From contig CAXXLL010000002.1 in NCBI GenBank assembly GCA_963662545.2, positions 1 through 64,000 on the forward strand: a stretch of 64,000 bases of DNA, given 5' to 3'. Shown one piece after another: positions 19,985 to 29,148 of the stretch. This DNA comes from Gammaproteobacteria bacterium. GTDB lineage: Bacteria > Pseudomonadota > Gammaproteobacteria > Ga0077536. The translations under genes were made by a program, and so were the position numbers. Each line of letters begins with the position of its first letter. The stretch's first letter is position 1. The notes below the pieces were generated by a model. The model did no database searches, was not told the DNA's origin, and saw only the letters and a list, made by a program, of their open reading frames with translations.

Positions 19985-21105
19985 CTCCATCACTCTCTCG
20001 AATCGCAGCCGGAATCATGATTTGCGCCTGCACAATTGCAAACGCCGCGGCGGCCGAATCGAGCGACAAGCACGCCTTCGAGGTGAACGTCATCGTCGAG
20101 GGCCTCGATCATCCCTGGGGACTCGCCTTTCTACCGGAGGGAGGTTTACTCGTCACCGAACGCGCCGGACGCCTGCGGGTCGTTGAAAGCGGACACCTTG
20201 CACCTCGTCCGGTCGCGGGTCTGCCGGATATAGTCGAGCAAGGTCAGGGTGGTCTCATGGATGTCTTGCTGCATTCTAATTTCGAGCAAAACCGGGTCAT
20301 CTTTTTGTCCTTCACTGCCCGCGGTGACGGTGGCTACGGCACCGAGATTGCCCGCGCCCGTTTCCTGGGCGATCACCTCGAAGACGTCGAGATCATTTTT
20401 CGCGCGCTGCCTAAAAGGCGAGGCGGGCAGCACTTTGGCTCGCGTCTGGCGATGCTGGCCGACGGCACCCTGTTGATCACACTCGGCGATCGCGGGCATC
20501 GCCCGAACGGGCAGAACCTGGGTTCGCACCCGGGCTCCATCATCCGCGTCAACGAGGACGGCACGGTACCGGCCGACAACCCGTTCGTCTTATTAGATGG
20601 CGTGCGCCCCGAAATTTACACCTTCGGTAACCGCAACGTGCAGGGCCTAGCGCTCGATCGCGCGAGCGGCTGGGTGTGGGCGCACGAACACGGGCCGCAG
20701 GGCGGCGACGAGGTCAATCTGATCCGCGCGGGTACGAATTATGGTTGGGCAGAGATCACCTACGGGCGTAACTACGGCACCGGTACGCGCATTGGTGCAG
20801 GAGCGCGTCGCAACGGCGTGGCCGAGCCCGCACACCAGTGGACGCCGTCAATCGCGCCTTCCGGCCTCGCGTTTTACGACGGTGACAAGTTTCCCGAATG
20901 GCACGGCAATCTCTTCGCCGGTTCGCTCAAGTTCCGCATGTTGAGCCGGCTCGAAATCGAGGACGGCGTGGTCGTCGAGAAAGAACGCCTGCTCGCGAAT
21001 AAGCTCGGCCGCATCCGCGACGTGCGTCAAGGACCGGACGGCTATCTTTACCTGTTGACCGATGAGCCGAACGGCGTGATCGCGCGCTTGGAGCCGGTTG
21101 AATGA
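19981..21105 (+). CDS. PQQ-dependent sugar (aldose/sorbosone) dehydrogenase, YliI-like
   Basis: Signal peptide; GLDHPWGLAFLP, GQGGLMDV, HFGSRL, GNRNVQGL, EHGPQGGDEVN, RIRDVRQGPDG. Confidence 0.93.
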   Translation: MTPSLSRIAAGIMICACTIANAAAAESSDKHAFEVNVIVEGLDHPWGLAFLPEGGLLVTERAGRLRVVESGHLAPRPVAGLPDIVEQGQGGLMDVLLHSNFEQNRVIFLSFTARGDGGYGTEIARARFLGDHLEDVEIIFRALPKRRGGQHFGSRLAMLADGTLLITLGDRGHRPNGQNLGSHPGSIIRVNEDGTVPADNPFVLLDGVRPEIYTFGNRNVQGLALDRASGWVWAHEHGPQGGDEVNLIRAGTNYGWAEITYGRNYGTGTRIGAGARRNGVAEPAHQWTPSIAPSGLAFYDGDKFPEWHGNLFAGSLKFRMLSRLEIEDGVVVEKERLLANKLGRIRDVRQGPDGYLYLLTDEPNGVIARLEPVE

Positions 21106-21188
21106 TTGACGTCCAAACGTTTTCGATAATCCGCGCAGGAACCCGCTCGCGGGCGAATACCCGATTGGGTCAAACACATCGGTAATCC

Positions 21189-21674
21189 ATGAACGATAAA
21201 CCGCTGAGCGTCGCCGCCGCACGCGTGCAGCGCGTCGTTGCCGCGAAAGGTTTCGACTTTGCGGTTCGCGAACTGCCCGAGTCGACGCGTACGGCTGCCG
21301 ACGCCGCCGCGGCCGTCGGCTGCGCTGTTGGCGACATTGCGAAATCACTGATCTTCAAAGCCAGGGATTCGGGAAGGCCTGTGCTCGTGATCGCGAGCGG
21401 CGCCAATCAGGTCGACACGGGTAAGGTGTCCGTGCTGCTCGGCGAAAAGATCAGCAAAGCCGACGCCGACTTTGTGCGTGTACAAACCGGTTTCGCCATC
21501 GGCGGCATTCCGCCGGTCGGCCACGCGGTGCCCATCAAGACCTTCATCGACGAAGATCTCCTCGTACCTGAAACGATCTGGGCTGCTGCGGGTACGCCGA
21601 ATGCGCTCTTTTCGCTGCCTTCGAGGGCGCTGGAACCGTTGACCGGCGGGACGGTCGCTGATGTGAAAGCCTAA
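21189..21674 (+). CDS. YbaK/EbsC family aminoacyl-tRNA deacylase
   Basis: IAKSLIF, TGFAIGGIPPVGH, WAAAGTP. Confidence 0.92.
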   Translation: MNDKPLSVAAARVQRVVAAKGFDFAVRELPESTRTAADAAAAVGCAVGDIAKSLIFKARDSGRPVLVIASGANQVDTGKVSVLLGEKISKADADFVRVQTGFAIGGIPPVGHAVPIKTFIDEDLLVPETIWAAAGTPNALFSLPSRALEPLTGGTVADVKA

Positions 21675-21883
21675 AAGGCTATTGAACATCCGCGTTTTCG
21701 CTGAAGCGTATTCGAACAAGAATGGCAATTCTTTTTCAGCGATCCAGCCATTGGAACGCTGCGCGGGCACGGGCTTTTGCTACTCCGCATAATCCTTTTG
21801 ATTGAAAGCCTGCGCGTGATCCAGACCCATGATTCTACTAACATGCCACGTATCGCCCAACACATCGCCAAAAGGACAACAAC

Positions 21884-23062
21884 ATGACCGACGCAGTGAT
21901 CGTTTCGACCGCCCGAACCCCGCTTTGTAAGAGCTGGCGCGGTTCTTTCAACATGACCCATGGCGCCACCCTGGGGGGGCATGTCACCCGGGCGGCACTC
22001 GACCGCGCCGGCCTCGAGCCCGACGAAGTGGAAGACGTGATCATGGGTTGCGCCAATCCCGAAGGCGCCACCGGACACAACATCGCGCGTCAGATCGCAT
22101 TGCGCGCGGAACTCCCGGTCACCGTTTGTGGAATGACGGTCAACCGATTCTGTTCTTCGGGATTGCAAACCGTCGCGCTCGCTTCGCAGCGCGTCATAGC
22201 CGGCGAAGGCGATGTCTTCATCGCCGGCGGCGTCGAGTCGATCTCCTGCGTGCAGAACGAAATGAACCAGCATATGGCGCATGAGGATTGGCTGGTCGAA
22301 CACAAGCCGGAAATCTACTGGTCGATGCTGCAGACGGCGGAGGAAGTATCGAAGCGTTACGACATCAATCGCGAAGCGCAGGATCACTACGGTGTTCAAA
22401 GTCAGCAGCGCGCGACCGCCGCGCGCGAAGCGGGCAAGTTCGACGACGAAATCGTACCCATGACGACCACGATGAAGATCGTCGATAAGGACACCGGCGC
22501 GGAATCGACGAAAGAAGTCACCGTTTCCCAGGACGAGGGGATCAGGCCCAATACGACCTTCGAAGGCGTGTCGCAGATCAGGCCGGCGCTCGAAGGCGGC
22601 GTCATCGCGGCGGGCAACGCCAGCCAGTTTTCCGACGGCGCCTCGGCTCAGGTCGTCATGAGCGACAAGCTTGCGGAAAAAAAGGGTCTCGAACCCTTGG
22701 GTATCTTCCGCGGTTTCGCGGTCGCAGGATGCGAGCCGGACGAAATGGGGATTGGACCGGTCTTCGCGATCCCCAAGCTTCTGGAGCGCGCTGGTAAAAC
22801 GATCGACGATATCGATCTGTGGGAACTCAATGAAGCCTTCGCGGTTCAGGTCATCTACTGCCGCGACAAACTCGGGATCTCGAACGACAAACTCAACGTC
22901 AACGGCGGCGCGATCGCCGTCGGCCATCCCTACGGTCTTACCGGTAGTCGGCTCATCGGCCACGCGCTGATCGAGGGCAAGCGGCGGGGCGCGAAGAACG
23001 TCGTCGTGACCATGTGCATTGGCGGTGGCATGGGCGCCGCCGGCCTGTTCGAGGTTTGTTAA
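21884..23062 (+). CDS. Acetyl-CoA C-acyltransferase (thiolase)
   Basis: [26 protein letters not shown]. Confidence 0.96.
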   Translation: MTDAVIVSTARTPLCKSWRGSFNMTHGATLGGHVTRAALDRAGLEPDEVEDVIMGCANPEGATGHNIARQIALRAELPVTVCGMTVNRFCSSGLQTVALASQRVIAGEGDVFIAGGVESISCVQNEMNQHMAHEDWLVEHKPEIYWSMLQTAEEVSKRYDINREAQDHYGVQSQQRATAAREAGKFDDEIVPMTTTMKIVDKDTGAESTKEVTVSQDEGIRPNTTFEGVSQIRPALEGGVIAAGNASQFSDGASAQVVMSDKLAEKKGLEPLGIFRGFAVAGCEPDEMGIGPVFAIPKLLERAGKTIDDIDLWELNEAFAVQVIYCRDKLGISNDKLNVNGGAIAVGHPYGLTGSRLIGHALIEGKRRGAKNVVVTMCIGGGMGAAGLFEVC

Positions 23063-23080
23063 TCGGTATGCGTGCGTAAG

Positions 23081-23803
23081 ATGAATATTGCAGTTGTCAT
23101 GGGCGTGGGGCCCGACCAGGGCATGGGCGCACAATTGTGCAGGCGATTCGCGTCCTTCGGCCTGCACGTTTTTGTCGCGGGTCGCACGCAAGCCAAGCTC
23201 GACGCCGTCGCTAAGAACATACGTGCGGACGGCGGCGAGGCGACGCCGGTCGCGGCTGACGCCACGGATGAAGCAGCGGTGGTGGCGCTCTTCGAGCACG
23301 CTGCCGCGCAAGGGCGTATTGAATGCGCAATTTACAACGCCGGAAACAATACGCCGGGGCCGATCGAGGGCATGAGTGCCGAGTTTTTCGAACAGAGCTG
23401 GCGCATTTGTTGTTTCGGCGGCTTTCTGTTCGGGCGCGAAGCGATCAAACATATGAAGCCGGCAGGCGGCGGTACCATCCTGTTTACCGGCGCCAGCGCT
23501 TCGCTGCGGGGTCGCCCGAACTTCGGCGCGTTCAATTCGTCAAAAGCGGCGCTGCGTACCCTGGCGCAGGCCATGGCCAAGGAGTATGGGGCCGACCATA
23601 TTCATGTCGGCCATGTCGTTATCGACGGCGCGATCGGCGGCGAAAAAATTCGCAACCGGTTTCCGGAATACGCAGAGAAACTCGGCGAAGCGGGTCTCGT
23701 TGACATCGGTGCGATCGTCGACGCCTACGAGTACCTTTACCGGCAACCCACAGGCGGCTGGAGCTTCGAAGTCGACGTGAGGACCGCCATCGAATCGTGG
23801 TAG
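23081..23803 (+). CDS. SDR family oxidoreductase
   Basis: GVGPDQGMG, YNAG, FTGASAS, F...K active-site variant, HVVIDG. Confidence 0.9.
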   Translation: MNIAVVMGVGPDQGMGAQLCRRFASFGLHVFVAGRTQAKLDAVAKNIRADGGEATPVAADATDEAAVVALFEHAAAQGRIECAIYNAGNNTPGPIEGMSAEFFEQSWRICCFGGFLFGREAIKHMKPAGGGTILFTGASASLRGRPNFGAFNSSKAALRTLAQAMAKEYGADHIHVGHVVIDGAIGGEKIRNRFPEYAEKLGEAGLVDIGAIVDAYEYLYRQPTGGWSFEVDVRTAIESW

Positions 23804-23841
23804 TCTGCCGCGTTCCGGTGACGATCACCCGGAGGTTCGTG

Positions 23842-24030
23842 ATGAGGCTCAAGCGATGGATTTGGACGATTGGCACGGTCGTCGTGCTCACGGCGTGTTC
23901 GGGGGAAGCGCCTGAAGAGAACGTGTTTAAGGCACAGACCGACGCTATCGGCAAGGCCGAGGACGTCAACAAGCTGATCGAGGATGCGGCCGAAAAGCAG
24001 CGTGCCGCGATCGACGCACAGGGCCGCTAA
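23842..24030 (+). CDS. Small lipoprotein
   Basis: GGAGG RBS; lipobox LTAC; 62 aa. Confidence 0.75.
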   Translation: MRLKRWIWTIGTVVVLTACSGEAPEENVFKAQTDAIGKAEDVNKLIEDAAEKQRAAIDAQGR

Positions 24031-24114
24031 TTCGAAGTTCCGAACGACGGGACGCTTTGTTGATTGCAGCGGAACACGCGGTTCGCCCGCACGCGGGCTT
24101 CTTGGTCGAACCTA

Positions 24115-25259
24115 AATAGGTGATCCAAATCTTGCGACACTCGGGCAGTTTCCCGGGAATGGACTTGCCGCACGCATGAAGGCACGTACTGCGTCCATCA
24201 GACGGTCGATGGTCGAGTAACGATGATTCCGGGTGACATTGTCGTGCAACTGTTTCCAGAGTTTCTCAATGTCATTGACCCAGGGCTGATAGGCCGGCTG
24301 GAACAGCAATCGGAATTTCGGATTGTGCTTTAGCCAGACGTGTGCCAAGCGACATTTGTGGATGATGTAGTTATCCACGATCAAGATAATTCGACGCGCG
24401 GCGCGGTAAGTTTGCCGCAGGTGGTCGAGCAGGCAAAGGAATAGGTCGCTGTTTTTCCGTGTGCCCTCGACATACGCAACGCGACCGGTTCGTGCGTGCA
24501 GCGCGCCCGCCAGATAGCGTTTCCGGTTTTGCCCAGGCGTGGGGATGGCACGTTGACAACCTTGAGTAGACCAAAGGAAACCGATTTTGGGATTGAGGTC
24601 GATATCGACCTCATCGGCGTAAAACACTTCATGCCCCGATGGGGCTCGAGACAACGCACGATGAATGGCTTTCAGGCGCGTGGCTGCCCGTGGGTCGCGC
24701 AGATGTAAGGTCGGACGAGCACGACGCCAGCCGAATCCCAAATTAACTAGCCAGCGACGTACCGTAGAGGCGTGAATGGGCCGTGACAGCAACGAATTCA
24801 GCGTCTCGGCCAGCATCTCGCTCGTCCACGTACTGCGCAGGTAGCCATAATCACTGGGCGGCTGCTCAACTAACTCGGCGAGCGTCTCCAACAGGGTGTC
24901 ATCCACCGTATACGCCCGCCGGCCCGAGCCGCACGCCTCGAGAAAGGCTTCACCCGCGGTCTGGAATTGCGTGACCCATCGATAAACCGTTGAACGCGCG
25001 ACCGACAAACTGCGTGACACGGCCGTCGGTGAGACGCCTGAAGCTAACTGCAACAGGACTTGAGCGCGGCGAACCACCCGCCCGTTATCGCTGCGTTGAA
25101 TCAACCGCTTAAAGCGACGTTTCTGTGAGCGCGTCAATGACACTAAACTATCCATACTCAGGTGACCTCTTTCGGGAACGTAGATTGCTCGATACAACCT
25201 CTGATCTCTGAATGTCACCTGAGTTCTTTTTATTTGATCGAGTTTTTGGAACACCTATT
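24115..25259 (-). mobile_element. IS630-family element, copy 2 (1145 bp)
   Basis: Transposase 24112-25254 identical in translation to copy 1; TA duplication at CTAG; intergenic. Confidence 0.95.
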
Positions 25260-25352
25260 TAGACGTTTGCGAGTGAATCGGAATCGCCCCAGCCGGGATC
25301 ACCTGTGCAGCGTGTGACTGATTAAAAGCGCATAGCAACGAGGAGAAACACC

Positions 25353-25811
25353 ATGCCACTTCCACAAGACATCACGCCGCTCAACCCGGCACTCATGGAT
25401 ACACTGATCAGTGCCAGTGACGGAGATTGGATCCCGCAACCCTTTGATCCGGAGCGTGCGTTCATCAAGATCCTTTGGACCGGGCCAGAGAGCGGCGCTT
25501 GGGCCGCGCTGTTCCGGTGGAAGAAGGGATTTACAGCACCACAGCACAAGCATCTGTCACCGTCACACACTTTCATCCTCTCAGGCAAGCTCCAGGTGCG
25601 TGACGGAACCTTGAATGCCGGCGATTACATCTACGAGCCCAACGGCATGCTGCACGGCGCCACGACGGCGCTCGAAGACACGGAATATCTTTTCATCTGC
25701 AACGGCACGGTCTTGTTCTACGACGACGAAGGTTTCACGTCCTATCTCGGGTGGGAAGAGCTTCGCCGTCTCGAGGAATCCCATCGCCAGCAGAAGGAGA
25801 AGGCCGCCTGA
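25353..25811 (+). CDS. Cupin protein (ChrR / 2,4'-dihydroxyacetophenone dioxygenase-like)
   Basis: PQHKH..HTFILSG and YIYEPNGMLH cupin metal ligands; AGGAG RBS. Confidence 0.82.
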   Translation: MPLPQDITPLNPALMDTLISASDGDWIPQPFDPERAFIKILWTGPESGAWAALFRWKKGFTAPQHKHLSPSHTFILSGKLQVRDGTLNAGDYIYEPNGMLHGATTALEDTEYLFICNGTVLFYDDEGFTSYLGWEELRRLEESHRQQKEKAA

Positions 25812-25822
25812 CAAGCCGGGCC

Positions 25823-26455
25823 GTGAAACTCTACTGGTTTCAGGTCGCGCCTAATCCGACCAAGGTCCGACTTTACATCGCTGAGAAGCGTGCAGGTGGC
25901 GCGACGATCGACTTCGAGTCAGTCATCGTCAAGCTGCCCAAGGGCGAGCAAAATACGCCCGAGCACCTCGCGCGAAATCCCTTCGCCAGCCTGCCGGTGC
26001 TCGAACTCGATGACGGCACCTGCATCATCGAATCTCTCGCGATCATCGACTACCTGGAGGAGGTGTATCCGGATCCACCGCTGTGGGGCAGGGACGCCGT
26101 TTCGCGCGCCCGCGGCCGCGAGCTCGAACGCATCGTCGATCTCAAAATTCTCGCGAATGTCGGACGATACATCCATGCGACGAATTCGCCGATCGGACTC
26201 CCGCCTAACGCCGGTGTGGCCGATAACGCGCGCAAGGCCTTGCCGTCGGGTCTCGACTATATCGACGGCGTTCTGTCCACCGGCCGGGCGTTCATCGCGG
26301 GTGACGGTCCAGGTGTCGCAGACTGCACCTTGGCGGCGACGCTGCAATTCGCACGCTATGCCAAGTTCGACGTCATGGGAGACTTCGCGCATATACGTCG
26401 CTGGGATGCCGATTACCGCGATCGCGACGTTGCACGATCTGTCTTGACGCTCTGA
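25823..26455 (+). CDS. Glutathione S-transferase family protein
   Basis: MKLYW..APNPTKVR, NPFASLPVLELDDG..IESLAIIDYLE, FIAGD..VAD; likely GTG start 25823. Confidence 0.92.
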   Translation: MKLYWFQVAPNPTKVRLYIAEKRAGGATIDFESVIVKLPKGEQNTPEHLARNPFASLPVLELDDGTCIIESLAIIDYLEEVYPDPPLWGRDAVSRARGRELERIVDLKILANVGRYIHATNSPIGLPPNAGVADNARKALPSGLDYIDGVLSTGRAFIAGDGPGVADCTLAATLQFARYAKFDVMGDFAHIRRWDADYRDRDVARSVLTL

Positions 26456-26509
26456 CGGACGGCGAACAACTTCTCTACAATCGGGACTCCCACACAAGGA
26501 GACGAACGG

Positions 26510-26701
26510 ATGGGCATCAACAAGCGGTTTTCTTTGGGACTTGCTGTCGTGGTCGCGAGTCTCGCACTGGCGGCCTGTGCCCCCAAGGTCGGCAGCGAAC
26601 GCTGGTGCAAGGCGATGGACGACAAACCCAAGGGTGATTGGTCTGCCAACGACGCAGCAAGCTATACCAAGCATTGCGTGCTGGGCATCGAACCGGAGTA
26701 A
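26510..26701 (+). CDS. DUF3012-type small lipoprotein
   Basis: LAACAPKVGSERWC..M..KPKGDWSANDA..Y.KHC. Confidence 0.85.
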   Translation: MGINKRFSLGLAVVVASLALAACAPKVGSERWCKAMDDKPKGDWSANDAASYTKHCVLGIEPE

Positions 26702-26753
26702 TTAGAACCTATCTCAAATTTATCCGCGTGTAGGCCGGGATTTTTCGCTTAGA

Positions 26754-27698
26754 GTGGTCCCGGTGGGCAGCATCCGCCACGGTCGAAACCGGGGATCCAA
26801 ACTCATCGAGGCAGCCATATCCGCGTTCAGGCAGGTCATCCTCGTGATCGCTGTCGCATCAGCGTGTGTTCGCGCGCAGGCGTACGTTTACAGTGAAGAC
26901 GAGCGGCGGCTGTGGACTGCGCTCGACGAACGATCGATCTTCCCCTACGCATTGACGGATGGCCGGGACGGCCGCCTCAACTCGGTCGGCGGCATCGTTT
27001 GCGATGATCGTTCGGTGTTCTCGGGGTTCATTATCGACGTTTCGAAAATCACACCGAAAATTAGGCGTCCGGTGCTGATCACGACCGCACATACGTTCAT
27101 CAATCGCGACGGCGGATCCCGCGGGTTTTGTTGGTATCTCCCCGGGGGACGGCTAGATGAGCGATCGCTCATCAGCGGAATCAGCCTCGGTATCACACCC
27201 GAGCAGAAACGAAAACCAGCCGACGGCGGCGATTGGGCTCTGGCCCTTGTCAATCACCCGGAGCCTGATTCACTCCCCGGCCTCAAGGTCGAATTCGAGG
27301 ATATCTACGATTTCGACCGCGAACATGAAGACCCGGACGATTACTTCGCCATCTCGTACATGAAAAAACGCGAAGGCGTCATGTTGGCTTCCCGCTGCCG
27401 GCCGGACGACAAGCGGCATTACCCGGCCTTCGCTGCTACCGCTGTTGATGTCGCCGATTTCAGCCGCATGGTGATACACGATTGTGATTTCGCGGTCGGG
27501 GGGAGTGGGGGACCGCTTTTGAAACGCACGGCCGATGGATGGAGGGCGATTGCAATCAATACGGGTGAGACCGTGGCGCATGAGTCCGGCACCCTGACCA
27601 ACCGAAATTACGCGCCGCCTGACGCATTCAATTTCTCGCGCCGCCTGGACCGGGATCTCGAGATCGAACTGACCCGCTACCTGAAATCCTTGGAGTGA
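26754..27698 (+). CDS. Secreted trypsin-like serine protease (start uncertain)
   Basis: ITTAHT, GDWALA, HDCD...GGSGGPL catalytic triad motifs. Confidence 0.8.
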   Translation: MVPVGSIRHGRNRGSKLIEAAISAFRQVILVIAVASACVRAQAYVYSEDERRLWTALDERSIFPYALTDGRDGRLNSVGGIVCDDRSVFSGFIIDVSKITPKIRRPVLITTAHTFINRDGGSRGFCWYLPGGRLDERSLISGISLGITPEQKRKPADGGDWALALVNHPEPDSLPGLKVEFEDIYDFDREHEDPDDYFAISYMKKREGVMLASRCRPDDKRHYPAFAATAVDVADFSRMVIHDCDFAVGGSGGPLLKRTADGWRAIAINTGETVAHESGTLTNRNYAPPDAFNFSRRLDRDLEIELTRYLKSLE

Positions 27699-28927
27699 GT
27701 TTCCTCGACGGCGATGAAACCACGGCGGGTCCGGACGAAAACCGCGAACCAGAATCCGGCCGCTCCCGTCAGCGATACGCCGAAAACCGCCCACAGCATC
27801 ATGGCCGGGTCGCCCGTTTTTGACCAGATCGCGGCGGTCGTGAGCGGCGCCAGCGCCGCCGCGACCATCATCGGCGCGCCCATCGCCCCCATTAATTTCC
27901 CGAAATGTTCTCGCCCCAGCCATTCGGCGGGGGCGACGCCCCGCAGAATGGTGCTGATCCCGTTGGCAATGCCAAATCCCGCGGCGAACAGGCCGAGCCA
28001 GCGCAGTTGCGGCGGCGCGAGAATCAGGATCAGGATCGCGGCCGGCAACATGAGCGTTGTGACGGCGCCGACGACGACGATGCGCATGCGTTCGCCGAAC
28101 AGCATCATGATCACGCGCCCCGTCACCTGCATCGGTCCGATGAGGGCAACGGCGATGAGCATGGTCGCGGTGTCGACGCCGCTCGACTTGAGGTAGGGGA
28201 CGATCTGAAACATGACGCCCGAGACCGTGCCCATCCACGCAGTGAACCACACGGTAAGTCCCCAGAACACGGGGTTGCTCAGCCGTTCCCGCATGAGCTT
28301 GCGAGCTGCATTGCCGTTCGTTTCGGTGCTGTCGTCAAGACGTGGATGAGCGTTTCGCTTTTCCGGAATAATCCACCAGTGGATGGGAACGCAGATCGCG
28401 AGGTTGAATGCCGCGAGTACGAGCAACACCCGCGGCCACGGCAGAAGGCCCAGTAGCGTCTCGGTCAAAGGAATGAAGACGGTCCCCGCGAACCCAGCGA
28501 TCAGAGTGAGCGCCGTGATGGCGCGCTGCGCGTCCGGGCCGAAATGCTGGGTCAAAACCACGAACACGGGTTCGTAGAGTATCGCGGCCATGCACGCGCC
28601 GAGACCGAGCCAGATGGCGTAAAACGCGTAGGGATCGGCGATCGTGGACCACAGCGCCAGCAATACGGCGGCGCAGAACGAACCTGCCGCCATGATGTAA
28701 CGGCCGCCGTGGCGATCGATCAGCGCGCCGACGGGGTAGGCGCAAAGACCCGTCACCAGCAGCCCGCCGGTCGCGGCGCCGTTCAGCAGCGTCAGCGACC
28801 AGCCCAGGGATTCCGCCATCGGCAGGACGAACAGCGGGAAGGCATAGTAGGTCGTTCCCCAGGATACGATTTGGGCGCAGCCGAGGGCCGCGATCAGGAC
28901 GCGGGAATGTCGCCTCAGTGCTCGCAT
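27677..28927 (-). CDS. MFS transporter
   Basis: About 12 hydrophobic segments; VGALIDRHGGR motif A. Confidence 0.92.
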   Translation of the reverse strand: MRALRRHSRVLIAALGCAQIVSWGTTYYAFPLFVLPMAESLGWSLTLLNGAATGGLLVTGLCAYPVGALIDRHGGRYIMAAGSFCAAVLLALWSTIADPYAFYAIWLGLGACMAAILYEPVFVVLTQHFGPDAQRAITALTLIAGFAGTVFIPLTETLLGLLPWPRVLLVLAAFNLAICVPIHWWIIPEKRNAHPRLDDSTETNGNAARKLMRERLSNPVFWGLTVWFTAWMGTVSGVMFQIVPYLKSSGVDTATMLIAVALIGPMQVTGRVIMMLFGERMRIVVVGAVTTLMLPAAILILILAPPQLRWLGLFAAGFGIANGISTILRGVAPAEWLGREHFGKLMGAMGAPMMVAAALAPLTTAAIWSKTGDPAMMLWAVFGVSLTGAAGFWFAVFVRTRRGFIAVEETHSKDFR

Positions 28928-29148
28928 GACGTGAAGTTAGACGGCAGCGCGTACGACTGGGCCAAAAAAGGTGTTTCGAGTAACAGGACGCGAAGTTATT
29001 CCGAACGGTACGCTTTATTCACCCGCAAGCGTGCGGATCGATAACTGTCGCGGCTTCTCCAACATTTCTCGAGAGACAGTATACGCAACTGTCGCAGTGG
29101 CGGCGGAGTGAACCGCAGACTAGAACGGGTCCGATTGACCAGCGCCGC

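Noticed and set aside
21764-21781. Sigma54-like GGCACGGGCTTTTGC upstream of the thiolase
   Set aside because: GG to GC spacing is 11 rather than the required 10.
21671-23452. 593-aa minus-strand ORF
   Set aside because: Antisense shadow of the thiolase and SDR genes, common at high GC; no recognisable motifs.
26702-26720. TTAGAACCTATCTCAAA, resembling an IS/MITE terminus
   Set aside because: No matching inverted end or second copy was seen in the window.
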